The notes beneath the pieces are model-generated. The model made no database searches. It was given only the letters and a program-made list of their open reading frames with translations, and was not told where the DNA came from. A stretch of DNA of 64,000 bases from an uncultured Thermoplasmata archaeon (GTDB lineage Archaea > Thermoplasmatota > Thermoplasmata > Lutacidiplasmatales > UBA184). Where the stretch lies: contig CAWEHV010000002.1 in assembly GCA_963809035.1 (NCBI GenBank), positions 1,312,113 through 1,376,112 on the forward strand, read 5' to 3'. The translations under genes were made by a program, and so were the position numbers. Below are positions 10,433 through 21,876 of the stretch, piece after piece (position 1 is the stretch's first letter; each line of letters begins with the position of its first letter).

Positions 10433-11054
10433 GGCTAGTCCTTGTAATGCCCGGGAAGAATTTCTATCAATGGCGTTCAGAGTTAACCAGTGCGCTCTCT
10501 CGACTATTGATACACGGGTATGCGCTCAGATTGACTTGTGAGAGTTTCAGCTCTCCAGCTCCGGTTCCACCATTCTTACGCGAAAAAAACTGTGGCTCGT
10601 TTGAAACTGCGTGAGTCTGCCTAGCGAACGAGTAGGGGACAAAGAGACCAACTTGTCGCACGCTCTGGGCGAATAGGGGACATTCCATGTCGAACTTACG
10701 AGTTAGTGAGGGTCTCCAACTTGAAGCGGTCGCGAATTTCATTCCAAGTCGCTTTCCTACTGGATCGTCATGAAGTCGGGACTGAACTGGCAGTTGGACC
10801 CGGTTTGGGTCATCAAATAGATTTTGATCATTGAAAGTGCTATAATTTACCGTCCCGCATCGGGAGCCGGCAGACCAAAGAAATCAGGTCTAGTTAGCGT
10901 CGATGGGTTCCGCCAGACAGGAACTTCCTGAGGCGCTCCGTCAAGCTGAGCGACCAGAAATAGGACCATTCCCTGGGGAGTGGCGGTAAAGCGTTCATAA
11001 CCCGATAAGCGAAAGCATAGTGAGGCATGACGCGAATCTTGATCGGCACCCTGG

Positions 11055-11705
11055 CTACGGTGGGGTCCCAGTACGGCAGTAGCGCCCTCTGAGTCTGAAG
11101 AAATGACCGCTCGATATACAACAATGTGTTTTGCGCGTACCATGAAGCGACATCTGGGTTCGGAGTAAGGCGGTCCCGTAGCGCATCGACTGGGACGTAA
11201 TTGTACAGCCCCGGAACTTCCGGGCCCAATAGTCAGGCCACTGGCAGTTCAAGTGGTTGACACCTGTTTGGCCGGGAACTGCAGCAGAGAACAAGACCAC
11301 CGGGGCGAGATTGACAAGGGATTTTACGATCGAATCACTGCTGATCTTTTCCAAGTGCTCGGCCACCTCAAGGCAGATGACCAAATCGAATCGGCGCCCA
11401 ATCTGTAGTGGTTGCTCGAGATTGAGCGCACGAAATCGATCTGGAGAAATCGAAAGGGAACCGACTGGAACCCAGCTACCATCGACTCCCAAGAAGTCCG
11501 AGACGCCAAATCGCGAAAACTCTGCTAAGAAGGCTCCAACCCCGCATCCGACGTCAATCACGCTTCGGGGGGGCGTGGAGAGTAATTGGTTCAGCATCGG
11601 CACAATCACACGAGCTGCTGCTTCTGAATCGGCCCGAATCCCTTCGAAAAACGACTCACTGTACTGGCTCTGCGGGATAAGCCGAGAGCCACAATTTCCC
11701 GGCAT
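11055..11705 (-). CDS. Class I SAM-dependent methyltransferase
   Basis: 'VIDVGCGVGAFLAEF' (motif I GxGxG), 'RFDLVICLEVAEHLE' (motif II/III). Confidence 0.75.
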   Translation of the reverse strand: MPGNCGSRLIPQSQYSESFFEGIRADSEAAARVIVPMLNQLLSTPPRSVIDVGCGVGAFLAEFSRFGVSDFLGVDGSWVPVGSLSISPDRFRALNLEQPLQIGRRFDLVICLEVAEHLEKISSDSIVKSLVNLAPVVLFSAAVPGQTGVNHLNCQWPDYWARKFRGCTITSQSMRYGTALLRTQMSLHGTRKTHCCISSGHFFRLRGRYCRTGTPP

Positions 11706-11969
11706 CAGTTAGGTGCTCACCCAGTTTGATTCTGCATCATGGATTCGAATAGACCGACATACAGACTCCACGAACTCTATACTGACATCGGGTAGCTGGC
11801 GCAAACAACCAGGAATACCATGACTTCAATGAAGGCTCATGATTGGGTATCCAATAGATTCAACCTTCCGGTCAATGCGAAAATCATGGGGGGTCTGTTC
11901 TAGGAATCGCCGTTGGATTTCAGGGCCGCCCGCCCTTCAAACCTGATACCCGTGGGGTGATAAACTCGA

Positions 11970-12752
11970 TTGGGGTTTAAGAGTGGCACAATGGACGCCT
12001 TGAACCAACTATTCAACAGCAACGACCCTAAAGAAGTATTCCAATTCTATTCACATTTCCCTAGCCGCGAGAGCTTGATCGACTGGATGCAAAGAAGGCC
12101 GGTTAGCGAGCCCATAATACGTGAGGTCGCAGGAGAATCTGACTTGGTGATCGTGATCCCTACGGCGGATTACAACGGTGTAATGGCGAAACGGTGTCGC
12201 GAGGAGGTCTTCTCCGGCCAGCAACTGGTTTTTCTGGAAAGCAAGGAATCCCCGGATCCGTTTTTTAACTTCGGTCGATTTGTAAACCTCGGTTTTGCAA
12301 GGGCACTGGACTATCAACCTCACTGGATTGCCTATTCCGGTGATGACGTCAGCAAAGTTGATGATATCGCCACACTAAAGCAGGCCCTTTCAAAACTCAA
12401 CCGGAGCGAAATCAAGACTGTATTCTGCCAACCATCGGGGGCGTATCATTCTGTTAGGTCCAAGGTCGTGCGATACAACTTATTGTATTTCACGGCCATG
12501 CATGCTCTCGGCAGAGAGCGGAGGCGAATGGCCAAGCTGCTTCGAAAGTTCAAACTCACTTATGCACCGGGAAGCCCGCAGGGCTTGAGGAAAACTCCAA
12601 GGTTCTTGTATTCCACGATACACGAATACATTGACTCGACTGCGTTCGGGATCTATAGCGCAGAATTCGTGCGGGCAGCCTTGTTAAGCTTTTCGACGAA
12701 GTCTATATCAACAATCGAGAAGAAAGTGAGCTTTCTATTCGACTCAGTTTGA
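11970..12752 (+). CDS. Hypothetical protein, possibly GT-A-like glycosyltransferase
   Basis: 'DLVIVIPTADYNG' and downstream 'YSGDDV' loosely resemble the GT-A 'IPTYN' and DxD motifs; no strong family match; lower-GC codon usage. Confidence 0.3.
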   Translation: MGFKSGTMDALNQLFNSNDPKEVFQFYSHFPSRESLIDWMQRRPVSEPIIREVAGESDLVIVIPTADYNGVMAKRCREEVFSGQQLVFLESKESPDPFFNFGRFVNLGFARALDYQPHWIAYSGDDVSKVDDIATLKQALSKLNRSEIKTVFCQPSGAYHSVRSKVVRYNLLYFTAMHALGRERRRMAKLLRKFKLTYAPGSPQGLRKTPRFLYSTIHEYIDSTAFGIYSAEFVRAALLSFSTKSISTIEKKVSFLFDSV

Positions 12753-13113
12753 ATCCTGAGGAGTGCGCCTTCGTCACTTTCCGTATTAACCCCGGAATTG
12801 GAGCCACCCTTGGCAGGGGCGAGGCGCGAGCGCTGAGGGGTGTCGCCAGCGAGTGTTATTTCAATCAAAAGATAGAGCGCGGTGACTTGCTCCCTATATG
12901 TCAGGATCAGCCAATGATAATCAGATAGGACCGCAAGGAACACTTCGGTTACTGCGCTTCAAGGCATGTGGGTCGGCCGCGAGTGGATGAAAAATGGGTG
13001 ACCAACTATGAGAGAAATGCGATCGTACGGGCTCAGGCGATAAGAGGTGATGAAAACCCGAGGCACGATCAACGCGCCTGCGGAAGGTTATCTCCCGACT
13101 GGGTCTTCTTCGG

Positions 13114-15293
13114 TCAGTTTCGGCGCGGAGGTTTCTCATTGGAATCTGCCGTTTTCCCTGATCCACCAGACCGTCGTTGCATGAGCCAGCGAATTGCGCG
13201 CCCAATTCTCAGGGGTGGGGCAAAAACTGATACGATCAACAAGGACGCGAGGAGAATTGTCAGGGCTAGAGCTTGCACCCCAACAAGTATCAAGTGGATG
13301 CTTTGACCTTCGAATTGTAGGACGTAGCCGAAATCGTTCTGTTTGAATGCCTTTGGCACTACAAACCCGTCCTCCCAGCCGGCGACTATATGGGACGAAG
13401 TAATGGTTGAATCAACGGTCATTGACCAAAGCGAGCTGAACCCATCAGAAAGCATAACAATGGATGTCATGTTTCCCAATGTGCCTGAGTATTCGGTTAG
13501 ACTAGTCGAAGTGATGGTCAGAGTTGAATTTCCGGTTGATGCCGTTGCGGAGGATCCTCGGGTCGAACGGACCGAGCAAAAGTGAATCCAACTCTATGGA
13601 CCCCCTGACATTGATTCTTAACTGCGTGGACCGGACTTCCGACTGAAGCGCTATTGGAAGCCATTCCAAGTAGCGATTCGTCACCGTAAAGTTGGCAATC
13701 GCCATCGACCCGTTAGCGACCGCGACGCTGCCGTTTCCACTTACATGAAGCGCGAGACTCGCGAACGGGGACGGATTCACCGTGAGGCTCGCATTTAGGC
13801 TACCGTTGGAGGCGATCACTTCGCCAGCCAAGGCAGTTGGAGTTGCCTCGATGTGACGCGCATATCCGGGGAAATCTAGTGACGAATACGCAAAGAAGAG
13901 CTGGTCCGATACGGACGCGTTCGAGTCGCAGAGATCAAAGCACACCTCTCTGACCGGAGTCCCTGCCGTTGTTAGGGCATCTGCAATCGAACTGGAGAAA
14001 TCAATGGTTGGTAGGGGGATGTAGGCAGACAGTGCCGATGATGAGGGTAGCTGAGAAAGGGGCAATTCCGCAACCAGTACCCGATGGGACTGAGGGGAAG
14101 TCGAGTGATAAACTCAGATTAGAAACGGTGTATGTAGCCAGGCTTCCAGATCCAAAGTTGGTTGGGAAGGCTACGGTGATCCCTACGTCCGCGGTGAGGG
14201 GGTTGAGTTGTTGTGGACTGAACGGAACTGACACGTTGGGCTGCGTCGGAGTCCCAACGGTGTAGGAGGGGATCTCCCAAAGGATAGCACCAACGGAATC
14301 GAATCCCGCAACCGTAACGTACCCCCCGAGATGCTTCGTGGGACCCGTATAGTTTTGATAGAATCTGTACTCCATACATTTGGTCCTCCACTGGGATCCG
14401 GTTTGAGACCAGATAGAACCCCGGATTGCTCAGCTGGGTACTACTCCCAGTGATTGTGTTGCTCGCGCTTAGAACGGTGATGTTCATTACTCCCGAGCCG
14501 TTGACACCGAAAACCTCGTACCCATTAGTAGTATCTTGAATGCCATTAATGAGATTCGCTGGACCGGGCATGGACCAGCGAGACAGGTTTGCGGGCCAGC
14601 TCCCAACTGTCTGGTTGAGGGGCACTGATGCATTCCCTGCCTGAACCACCGCTATGCCTGGAGCGGCCGTGACAAACGGTCGGTAGTCGATGTTGAGGAA
14701 GGCGACGAAGAGACTGGAATTGAACACATCTTCCAAGTCACGTTGCGCTCTAAGGAGGTCAAGGAACGTCTTGTAGGTGAACCGATGAGCGAACCCTCAT
14801 TCCATTGTGGGGGGCCGGTGAAGTTCGCTTGGAGATCGACCAGCACGTACCTAACTGAAGCCTGTCCGAGCAGGACCCCGATCCGATCCGTTCGATTCTG
14901 AATCAAGTAGTTCAACACCGTCGTAGAGTAGTCAGAACTAAGGGGACCTACGAACAGATTGGACACGCTGGTCGCACCTTCATACTCCGCTAAACCAAAC
15001 GTGTTAATGGCGAATGGCCCGAACTCAGAACCTCCTCCCGGACCAGGGAAAGGAAGTACGAGAAATCGCGAGTCTGAGATTCCACCATGAAGCTCGAGGA
15101 ACGAATCCATTGCAGGATAAGCCGAGGGAACCGTCGGTCCCCATTGCGGAGGTAGCCCGAATGTGCCGGGGGCCTCAAGCACGTTGAAGTCGCCGCTTTC
15201 CAAGTAGAATCCCGCGGGGGCCACCAGGAGAATGAGTACCGAGAGCACATGATGCCACGGTCCCCGGTTGGTGAATCGCCCGATTAATCCCAT
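13114..15293 (-). pseudogene. Degraded ~730-aa surface protein gene split over five overlapping frames (14652-15293, 14119-14736, 14001-14375, 13502-14065, 13114-13479)
   Basis: Head fragment has a signal/TM 'HHVLSVLILLVAPAGF'; body fragments are rich in N-x-S/T sequons. Tail fragment ends in a TM helix plus basic tail 'LILVGVQALALTILLASLLIVSVF...RRSGGSGK', like the intact surface proteins in this window. Confidence 0.5.
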
Positions 15294-15532
15294 GGCGCAG
15301 CCTAACGGGGTGGGTGTGTCCAGTTCGACGATCCGTGCCGGTAGTGCCGGGTGAAAGGGAAATCATATCGGTGGAAAGGCCGCTTTGTTCTAAGTTCGCA
15401 ATTCTGTCAATGGTGAAAGTGGCGAGAATCGTTAACGAAACGAAACGTGGTACGCGTAGAACTCCCCAGGATAGTTGAATATAGTGAGCAGACCGAATGC
15501 TTTGTACAGGGGGAGGGTGAATCCGGCCGCTG

Positions 15533-16738
15533 TCAAAAAGATCCATAGGCCGCAGGAGACGTAGAGAAGGGCGACGAGGTGGCCGAGTTCTCGGTACTTG
15601 GGCATCTCACGAAGAGCAGTCCGGAAAGCGCGAACCCACTGAATCCGACAAGGAGAGCCTCCGACGGAGGAGGATAGAAAATGGCGTATCGCACAGATAA
15701 TCCGGCGCCGAGGAGGGAAAAGAAATTGAGTGGGTAGCTGAACCCATAGGAGATTGGAACTATCGATGTCGCGACCCCGAAGGAGGGTTGAATCGCTCCG
15801 CTAGTGAAATAGGTAAGGTTTCCAAAGTAGAACGGAGCGTTAAGGAGCAACGCCAGCGCAACCGCCATTGTTATCCCGCCAAACAGCCGAAGCCCAGTAC
15901 CAAGCGACTGCCGCGTCAATCCGAGTGAGAGTGGAAGAAGGAGTAGGAGGGGCAATACGTAGACCGGGCCAAAAGGAACAAATGCGAAGATGAAACCAAG
16001 AACCAGCGACAGCAGAATCACCGGTTTTGCCCAAGAACCCTGAGCGATACGTAATGAGAGAAGGAAAACCGTGGGCAAGAGAAGGTCAAAGGGAATCGAA
16101 CCGCTGGCGTCGAAGACGTCGATAAAAAGATAGGGACTGAGCAGAAATAGGATTCCCCCTATCAGCGCAAACTTTGGCTGCTCAAGATGGGGTTCAAGGA
16201 GACGTTGAAATGAAACCGCGCCGACAAATGAGAATGAGATCAGTGTGAGAGGCTCGAGGAGGGCGGGCGGAATTCCAATGATTGAGAGCATTGAGAGGAG
16301 GACATAACTCGCGGGCTGGGAGGAAGAATAGCCTAGCACTCGAGGATTCCACTGGGAGAGGTATACTGCTATACCATCGGTTGAACGCGTGCCTGGGAAA
16401 AGCAGGAAGAAGTCAGGCGTGATCAGTTGGCCGTTCGAAAACATTGTGCGGAAGAGGACCAAGATTAGAGTGAGCAATGTTCCATAGCTGCAAAGCCGCC
16501 ATTGGACTCGTGCGCCCCAAAACAGGGGCGGTGATCGATCGCCGTTGGAGATGTTGGCCACGGAAGTCACGTTGTCGATTCGTTCATCCTGAGTGCCGGG
16601 ACGAATCAAAACTCCTAAATTGATGTGGTGAGTCCTGGCGGTCAATTCTGGACAACACGTTTCGGTACCCACGCTCGGTGAGTTCCCCGATACGCTCGGC
16701 GGAATAGGCTTGCGCGGCCAAAGTCCTCGCTGCCTCAC
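15533..16738 (-). CDS. Polytopic membrane protein (possibly a GT-C-type glycosyltransferase or polymerase; family unassigned)
   Basis: 401 aa with ~10 hydrophobic helices, Pro/Leu/Phe-rich; sits among glycosyltransferase genes. Confidence 0.4.
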   Translation of the reverse strand: MRQRGLWPRKPIPPSVSGNSPSVGTETCCPELTARTHHINLGVLIRPGTQDERIDNVTSVANISNGDRSPPLFWGARVQWRLCSYGTLLTLILVLFRTMFSNGQLITPDFFLLFPGTRSTDGIAVYLSQWNPRVLGYSSSQPASYVLLSMLSIIGIPPALLEPLTLISFSFVGAVSFQRLLEPHLEQPKFALIGGILFLLSPYLFIDVFDASGSIPFDLLLPTVFLLSLRIAQGSWAKPVILLSLVLGFIFAFVPFGPVYVLPLLLLLPLSLGLTRQSLGTGLRLFGGITMAVALALLLNAPFYFGNLTYFTSGAIQPSFGVATSIVPISYGFSYPLNFFSLLGAGLSVRYAIFYPPPSEALLVGFSGFALSGLLFVRCPSTENSATSSPFSTSPAAYGSF

Positions 16739-17668
16739 CCAACCTTTTGCGAAGGCCGGTGTCCTCGATCAACATACGAAAGGCAGAGGCCCAGTCTTTG
16801 GGGTTACAAGAAGGGACAATTATCCCGTTTTGTTTATGGCGAACGAAGTCACGGACGGGCGCCAGATCAGATACTATCGAAGGTGTGCCATGAAACGCTG
16901 CCTCGATAACAGTTCCGCAGTACGCTTCTCGGAAGGATGGGAGGACGAATGCGCATGATCCGGGAAGTGCCTTCCGCATTTCGTCGTTCGACAAAACGGT
17001 CTCGAACCTGACGTTCAATTTCCAACCCTGAAGCTAGGAATCGAAATCGTTGTCGCTCCTCTCGTAAGACTGTTGCCTTGACTGGAACACCCTGTTGGTA
17101 GAGTATGTGAAGTGCCTTGAGAAACAAACCGGTATCACGACGCTGGTCCGGCCCCCACGTAGAGGAAGTGGAAAGGGTCACACAGCACCGTCTCGGACGA
17201 AGCCCATGACCGCGGTACCAGTTCAGGTATCACTTCCATTTTCGAGGAGGCGCCGGGATACAACTTGGTAAGTTCTTTCCGCACAGCCGTGGTCTCCGCG
17301 ACGATCCAATCTGCCACTTGCACGCACAAACGGTCGTTATGGGCAAGCATGAAATATTTCGGAGCCGACCAGAAGCGTGTCCGAAGGGGAAGCCGTTCCC
17401 ATTCCTTCAAAGTGACGTCAACCACATGGAAGACGCGAGCACTCCAGTGAGGAGCGTTGCGGCTGAAAGCCCATCCTAGGCCGCCCCCTCGGGCATCAAT
17501 GATATCAGCCCCCGACTTTTTTGCCGAAGCTGCGAGGAATTTCGATACCGCCAGGTTCGCCGTCCATCCGCCAACATAAGGGTAATGGTAGTTAGGGATA
17601 CCACTGACGTGAACGCCACGAATAAATGAATTCTGCGAGATTTGGACGTACGAGTGGATGATGGTCAC
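16584..17668 (-). pseudogene. GT4-family glycosyltransferase broken into three overlapping ORFs (17135-17668, 16867-17181, 16584-17018)
   Basis: C-terminal fragment 'FREAYCGTVIEAAFHGTPSIVSDLAPVRDFVRHKQNGIIV' is the GT4 E-x7-E region. N-terminal fragment has a GT4-like N-domain. Overlaps imply two frameshifts. Confidence 0.5.
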
Positions 17669-18051
17669 GTCGTGCCCCTCCTAGCCATTTCCATTGCGAG
17701 CTCCCCCGTAAAAACTGACGCGCCCAACATCGTGGTTGAGCTGAACGGGTCATGCGGGACAAGGTAGGTAATCGAAAGTGACTCGCTCATCGAATCCCCG
17801 GGCCGATTGAGAGCATCATGTGTGTGAGGGGGGAGAATATCCAATGTAATCGCAAACTCTTCACGTCGATGTGGTTCGAGGTTGCAAAATCCCGATAGAG
17901 CCGCCGGCCACAGGACCAACGACTGTCGGAGAGGATTTTGAAGTGACTCATGCTCGCGAAGAGATTCACGGCGCAAAACCTCTCGAAAAGTGATAACGAG
18001 GACACCAAGAGAAGAATACTATTCCTGTCACGAGCATCGGCAATTTGTGAC

Positions 18052-19336
18052 TTACAGTAAGCGTGCTCGGAAGAAAGCTATCTGATTACTTGCCGTGCGC
18101 TCGGCAGTGAAGGTCGGTGGTATCACTTCCAAGCTGGCTGCGATCTTGTCTCGAGTTTGATTGTTCCCAAGCAAATTCACCACCCGGTCAGCAAATAGAG
18201 TCGCGCTTCCGACCGGTACTCGAGGAATGGCAGATCCAAGATAATCATATGCTGGAAGGTCATAGACGATAGGGACGCAACCGTAAGCAGCTGCCTCCAT
18301 TACGGCCAAGGACCACCCTTCCTCATAGCTGGGGTATGCGAACAGTTTGGACGCGGCGAGGAGGTCGCGTTTGTCGTCGTCTGAAAGATGACCTCTCAAT
18401 CTGATGAATTCGGTGAGTCCCACTTTCTCTATGGCTAGTCGGATTTGTCGTTCGAACTGCGGCGATTCGAAATCTCCGCCGACGACCAAGCAAGCGGTGG
18501 GCAGCCGGCGATGGACTTCAGCCCAAATGGATACGAGATCGAATAGTCCCTTCATTGGAGAAAGCCGACTGACAAAACACACATCAATGGGTCGGTCGTG
18601 CGCCCTTAACGTGTCAGGTTCCGGATAGCTGTCAAGGAAGATTTCGTCGTGGAGGACGGGGCCTGAAAACCTCCATCCCGACTCAGAAAGAATGCGTACT
18701 TGGTCAATACTCGGCACGAACCTGCAGACCTTTGTGATGACCAGTGCGGCTTGGTTGACAAGCCAGGGCACCGGCGCACCGAATTACGCCGCCCCGTCGT
18801 CTCGGGTGCCGCCAGGGAGCAGGGGTGAGGTGATGAAATGCAATGACTAAAGGCAGGTTTGACCTTTCTGCGATTCGGCGCGCAGGGACGATATCTAGTA
18901 GATTGGGTGACGCCGCGATGACGATGGATTTGGTGGGGATCTGAGTGGAAGGCGCGACCGGGATGCCAGGGGCTACCGTATTCGTCAGCGCACCGACCAG
19001 AGTCCTGAGGGGTTCCAAGAGGCTACCAGCCTCTTGGTTGATCACGGTTCGCCTAGTCTGCCCAATTGAGACCACTTGGCTGCACTTTCCTTCAAACTCG
19101 TGTGGAAGGTTCGTATACACTGATACAAAGTGCCCCTGCCTGACCCACTCCTGCGCCAAGCGAACGATATGGATTAGTCCTCCTCCGCCTCCTCCCACCA
19201 GCGACGGTCCCGACCTGGTACGGACGGTCACCATATGAAATATCTGGATGTGAAGAGGCGGGTTTCCGGAGGGTTGTGGCACTCCGGGAAAATTCGACAT
19301 TAAATCTTCCAGATTAGCGGGCTTAGGTCTCCGCAT
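18052..19336 (-). pseudogene. GT4-family glycosyltransferase split by a frameshift (18704-19336 N-domain; 18052-18771 C-domain)
   Basis: N-domain 'GGGGGLIHIVRLAQEWVRQGHFVSVYT'. C-domain 'AYPSYEEGWSLAVMEAAAYGCVPIVYDLPAY'. The two ORFs overlap by 68 nt in different frames. Confidence 0.55.
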
Positions 19337-20466
19337 CCCACATCTAGTTGGTTAGTTTGAGTATGGCTTTTAAGTCTCACTGTAGGAACGGTGCTGCACT
19401 CTATTTGGTTGGCCTCGGGAAGCGAAATGATTTTGCTTCTTCACTCGGTGATGATTGCTCGGACGCCTGAAATTTGTAACCTCGGTGGCGCCAGCACGTC
19501 GTTCCTCCCTTGAGTAAGCAGGGCCCGCCCTTGTTCCAAGGCATGGTGCTCTCGAGACCGTTTCCACACCCCCGAAATGCAGTCTTGGTTTGCGACGCTA
19601 CGAGTACACGCAAATCTCGTTCTCGAGCCAGCACTCAATTTTCCAGCTCCTTCCGGCCGAATCCAGAAACGACCAGGTAGACGATTGCGGTCTACCATCG
19701 CATCGGGGATCCAGGTCAGTTACTCTTTCAGTCGACCCTTTGGGATGTGTCCGAATCTATCCCGACGAAATGCGAGCTCGAGCTTACCCAGCTCTAATGA
19801 AGCCAACCCATTGCTTGCGAGGAATCGATGACTTCAGCGCCTGACCTCCTTCGACCGGTACCGATCGATTCGAGTGTAGCCCCTACTCTTGACGAGCTCA
19901 GTGTCGTCCCGGATTGCTGGAGGTTCGTGATGAGTCTTCCTCTGATTCCGGACCCGAGGTCGAAACATCTCGTCCTCCTATCCAGTTGCCCACTTAGTGC
20001 GGTCCGAGCACCCTCCCGGCAATTGTCGATGTGCTCGGGAAAATAGGGCGTCGACCTTTAGCGGCGACGACCGAGGGGAGATGAAGTGCATGTCATCCCC
20101 CGAGAGAAACCTGAGTGGAAAAGGGGCTAAAGCACGCGGCGGGGCGCTTGTTTCCATATGCTGTGGCGAGAATCCAGCCCAAATATCGCCATGTTGCTAT
20201 GTCAAGTTGAGCGTTACCTATATTTCCTCTCTCCCGAAGTCAATGCGGGGCCTGAAAATTAATGAAGAAGCACGGAGGGGTGCGTTGCCCCTGGTCGATC
20301 GCGTGGTTCAGTGGTTGCCCTCTGCGATAATCAGGTTCTCTCATGTCCAGGCGAAGTTCGCACCGTTCCGGGCCCGTGACTCTCACTCAAGCGTAGGGCC
20401 AAAAGGCGCGAAGGGTTTGAATCAGATGCTCGGAAGGACCAGCATCCGCTGCAGTGTTGGTGTCCG

Positions 20467-21540
20467 ATGAGGATTCTGTGGTTCAGCCATCGCGACATCG
20501 AGCATCCGAGCAGTGGCGGTGACGAACGAGCCATCTACGAGATCACAAAACGTCTGGTCGCTTCCGATAACGACGTCACATGGGTCGCATGCCGATTCCC
20601 GGAATCTCAAAGGGAAGCCACCAGGGACGGAATTCGAATTCTTCGACCCGGCCACGCCTTAGTCACGCATCTTAGTGTAGCCTCCATTATCAAGTCCACG
20701 AGACCGGAAGTCATTGTTGACGACTTGGGCCATGTGATTCCATGGTTCTCGGAAGAGCTAACCGATACTCCTGGGACCGCTTTCTTCCTCCACCTGCATG
20801 CTCGAACACTTTCAGGGCAGGTGAATTCGCTCTTCGTTCCAGGACTCACCTACCTCGAACGACAGTACCGACACATTTACCCAAGGTGGCCGTTCGTCAC
20901 AATAAGTACCCACAGTCTGCAGGATCTAGTTGAACTCGGAATTCCCGAACGTCGGGTGACGAGAATCCCATTGGGCGTGGATTTGCAGAGATTCCATCCC
21001 TCGCCAAAGAACCAGAATCCCATAGTGGTTTATTTCGGCGGATTCCGCGACTACAAGCGACCCTGGGTACCGGTGCAACTGTACAAGAAATTGCAGCAAT
21101 CGGTGAAGGGGGTCAAGCTTGTCATGATTGGCGACGGACCCATTCGAGCTCGAGTTCAGTCCGCCGCTCGTGATTCGGGAATTGAGTTTGTGGGGAAAGT
21201 CAACCCAGACCGCCTCTCGGAGCTTGTTGCGCGGTCGTGGCTGAACGTACACAGTTCGGTTTCGGAGGGATGGGGACTCTCAATAATCGAGGCCTCAGCA
21301 TGTGGAACGCCGACCGTCGCTTTCGCGGTACCTGGCGTCGCCGAGACTATTGAAAATGGATTCAATGGAATCCTTGTCCCTGACGGCAACCTGGATGAAC
21401 TAGCTGATGCGGCGACCGGGCTTCTAAATCACCTCGATGACTGGCCTGAGCGTTCAAGGAGACTTGCAGAACGCTACACTTGGGACGCGACCGCAGCCAA
21501 TTGGTTGAGCCACCTTGAGCGGACGCTGACCGAAAAGTAG
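20467..21540 (+). CDS. GT4-family glycosyltransferase (intact)
   Basis: 357 aa; 'HSSVSEGWGLSIIEASACGTPTVAFAVPGVAETIENGFNGILV' is the canonical GT4 EX7E region. Confidence 0.8.
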   Translation: MRILWFSHRDIEHPSSGGDERAIYEITKRLVASDNDVTWVACRFPESQREATRDGIRILRPGHALVTHLSVASIIKSTRPEVIVDDLGHVIPWFSEELTDTPGTAFFLHLHARTLSGQVNSLFVPGLTYLERQYRHIYPRWPFVTISTHSLQDLVELGIPERRVTRIPLGVDLQRFHPSPKNQNPIVVYFGGFRDYKRPWVPVQLYKKLQQSVKGVKLVMIGDGPIRARVQSAARDSGIEFVGKVNPDRLSELVARSWLNVHSSVSEGWGLSIIEASACGTPTVAFAVPGVAETIENGFNGILVPDGNLDELADAATGLLNHLDDWPERSRRLAERYTWDATAANWLSHLERTLTEK

Positions 21541-21876
21541 GGAAACGTCCGATCAACTTGCGGGTGAGCGAACGTGCCGCGAATCCCTTCGCTCGAGCTG
21601 AGTGCAGCTACCCAACCGCTCACATGGGTCAGAAAGCTGAAGCTCTCCGCGACCTCTCCTCAAGGGAGTCAAACGCTCGACGCTTGGCAACGGAATAAGC
21701 GGAGACAACGAGGGGGTGCCGCCTAGAGCTCTTCGTATCAGATCGACCCAAGCAAATCATGGAACTTTTGAATCAGCCTGGGGGGGACCCTCTTCCCCGC
21801 TGGAGAGTTCATTACACGAATCCCGACCAGAGAAACAAACATTACCGGAATCGCCCCCCCGATAGGCATCCTGGTC

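Noticed and set aside
15533-16738. The 401-aa multi-TM protein considered as a truncated AglB oligosaccharyltransferase
   Set aside because: It is too short, with no recognisable DxD/WWDYG/DK motifs. The downstream fragments carry their own signal peptide and a C-terminal TM, unlike an AglB periplasmic domain.
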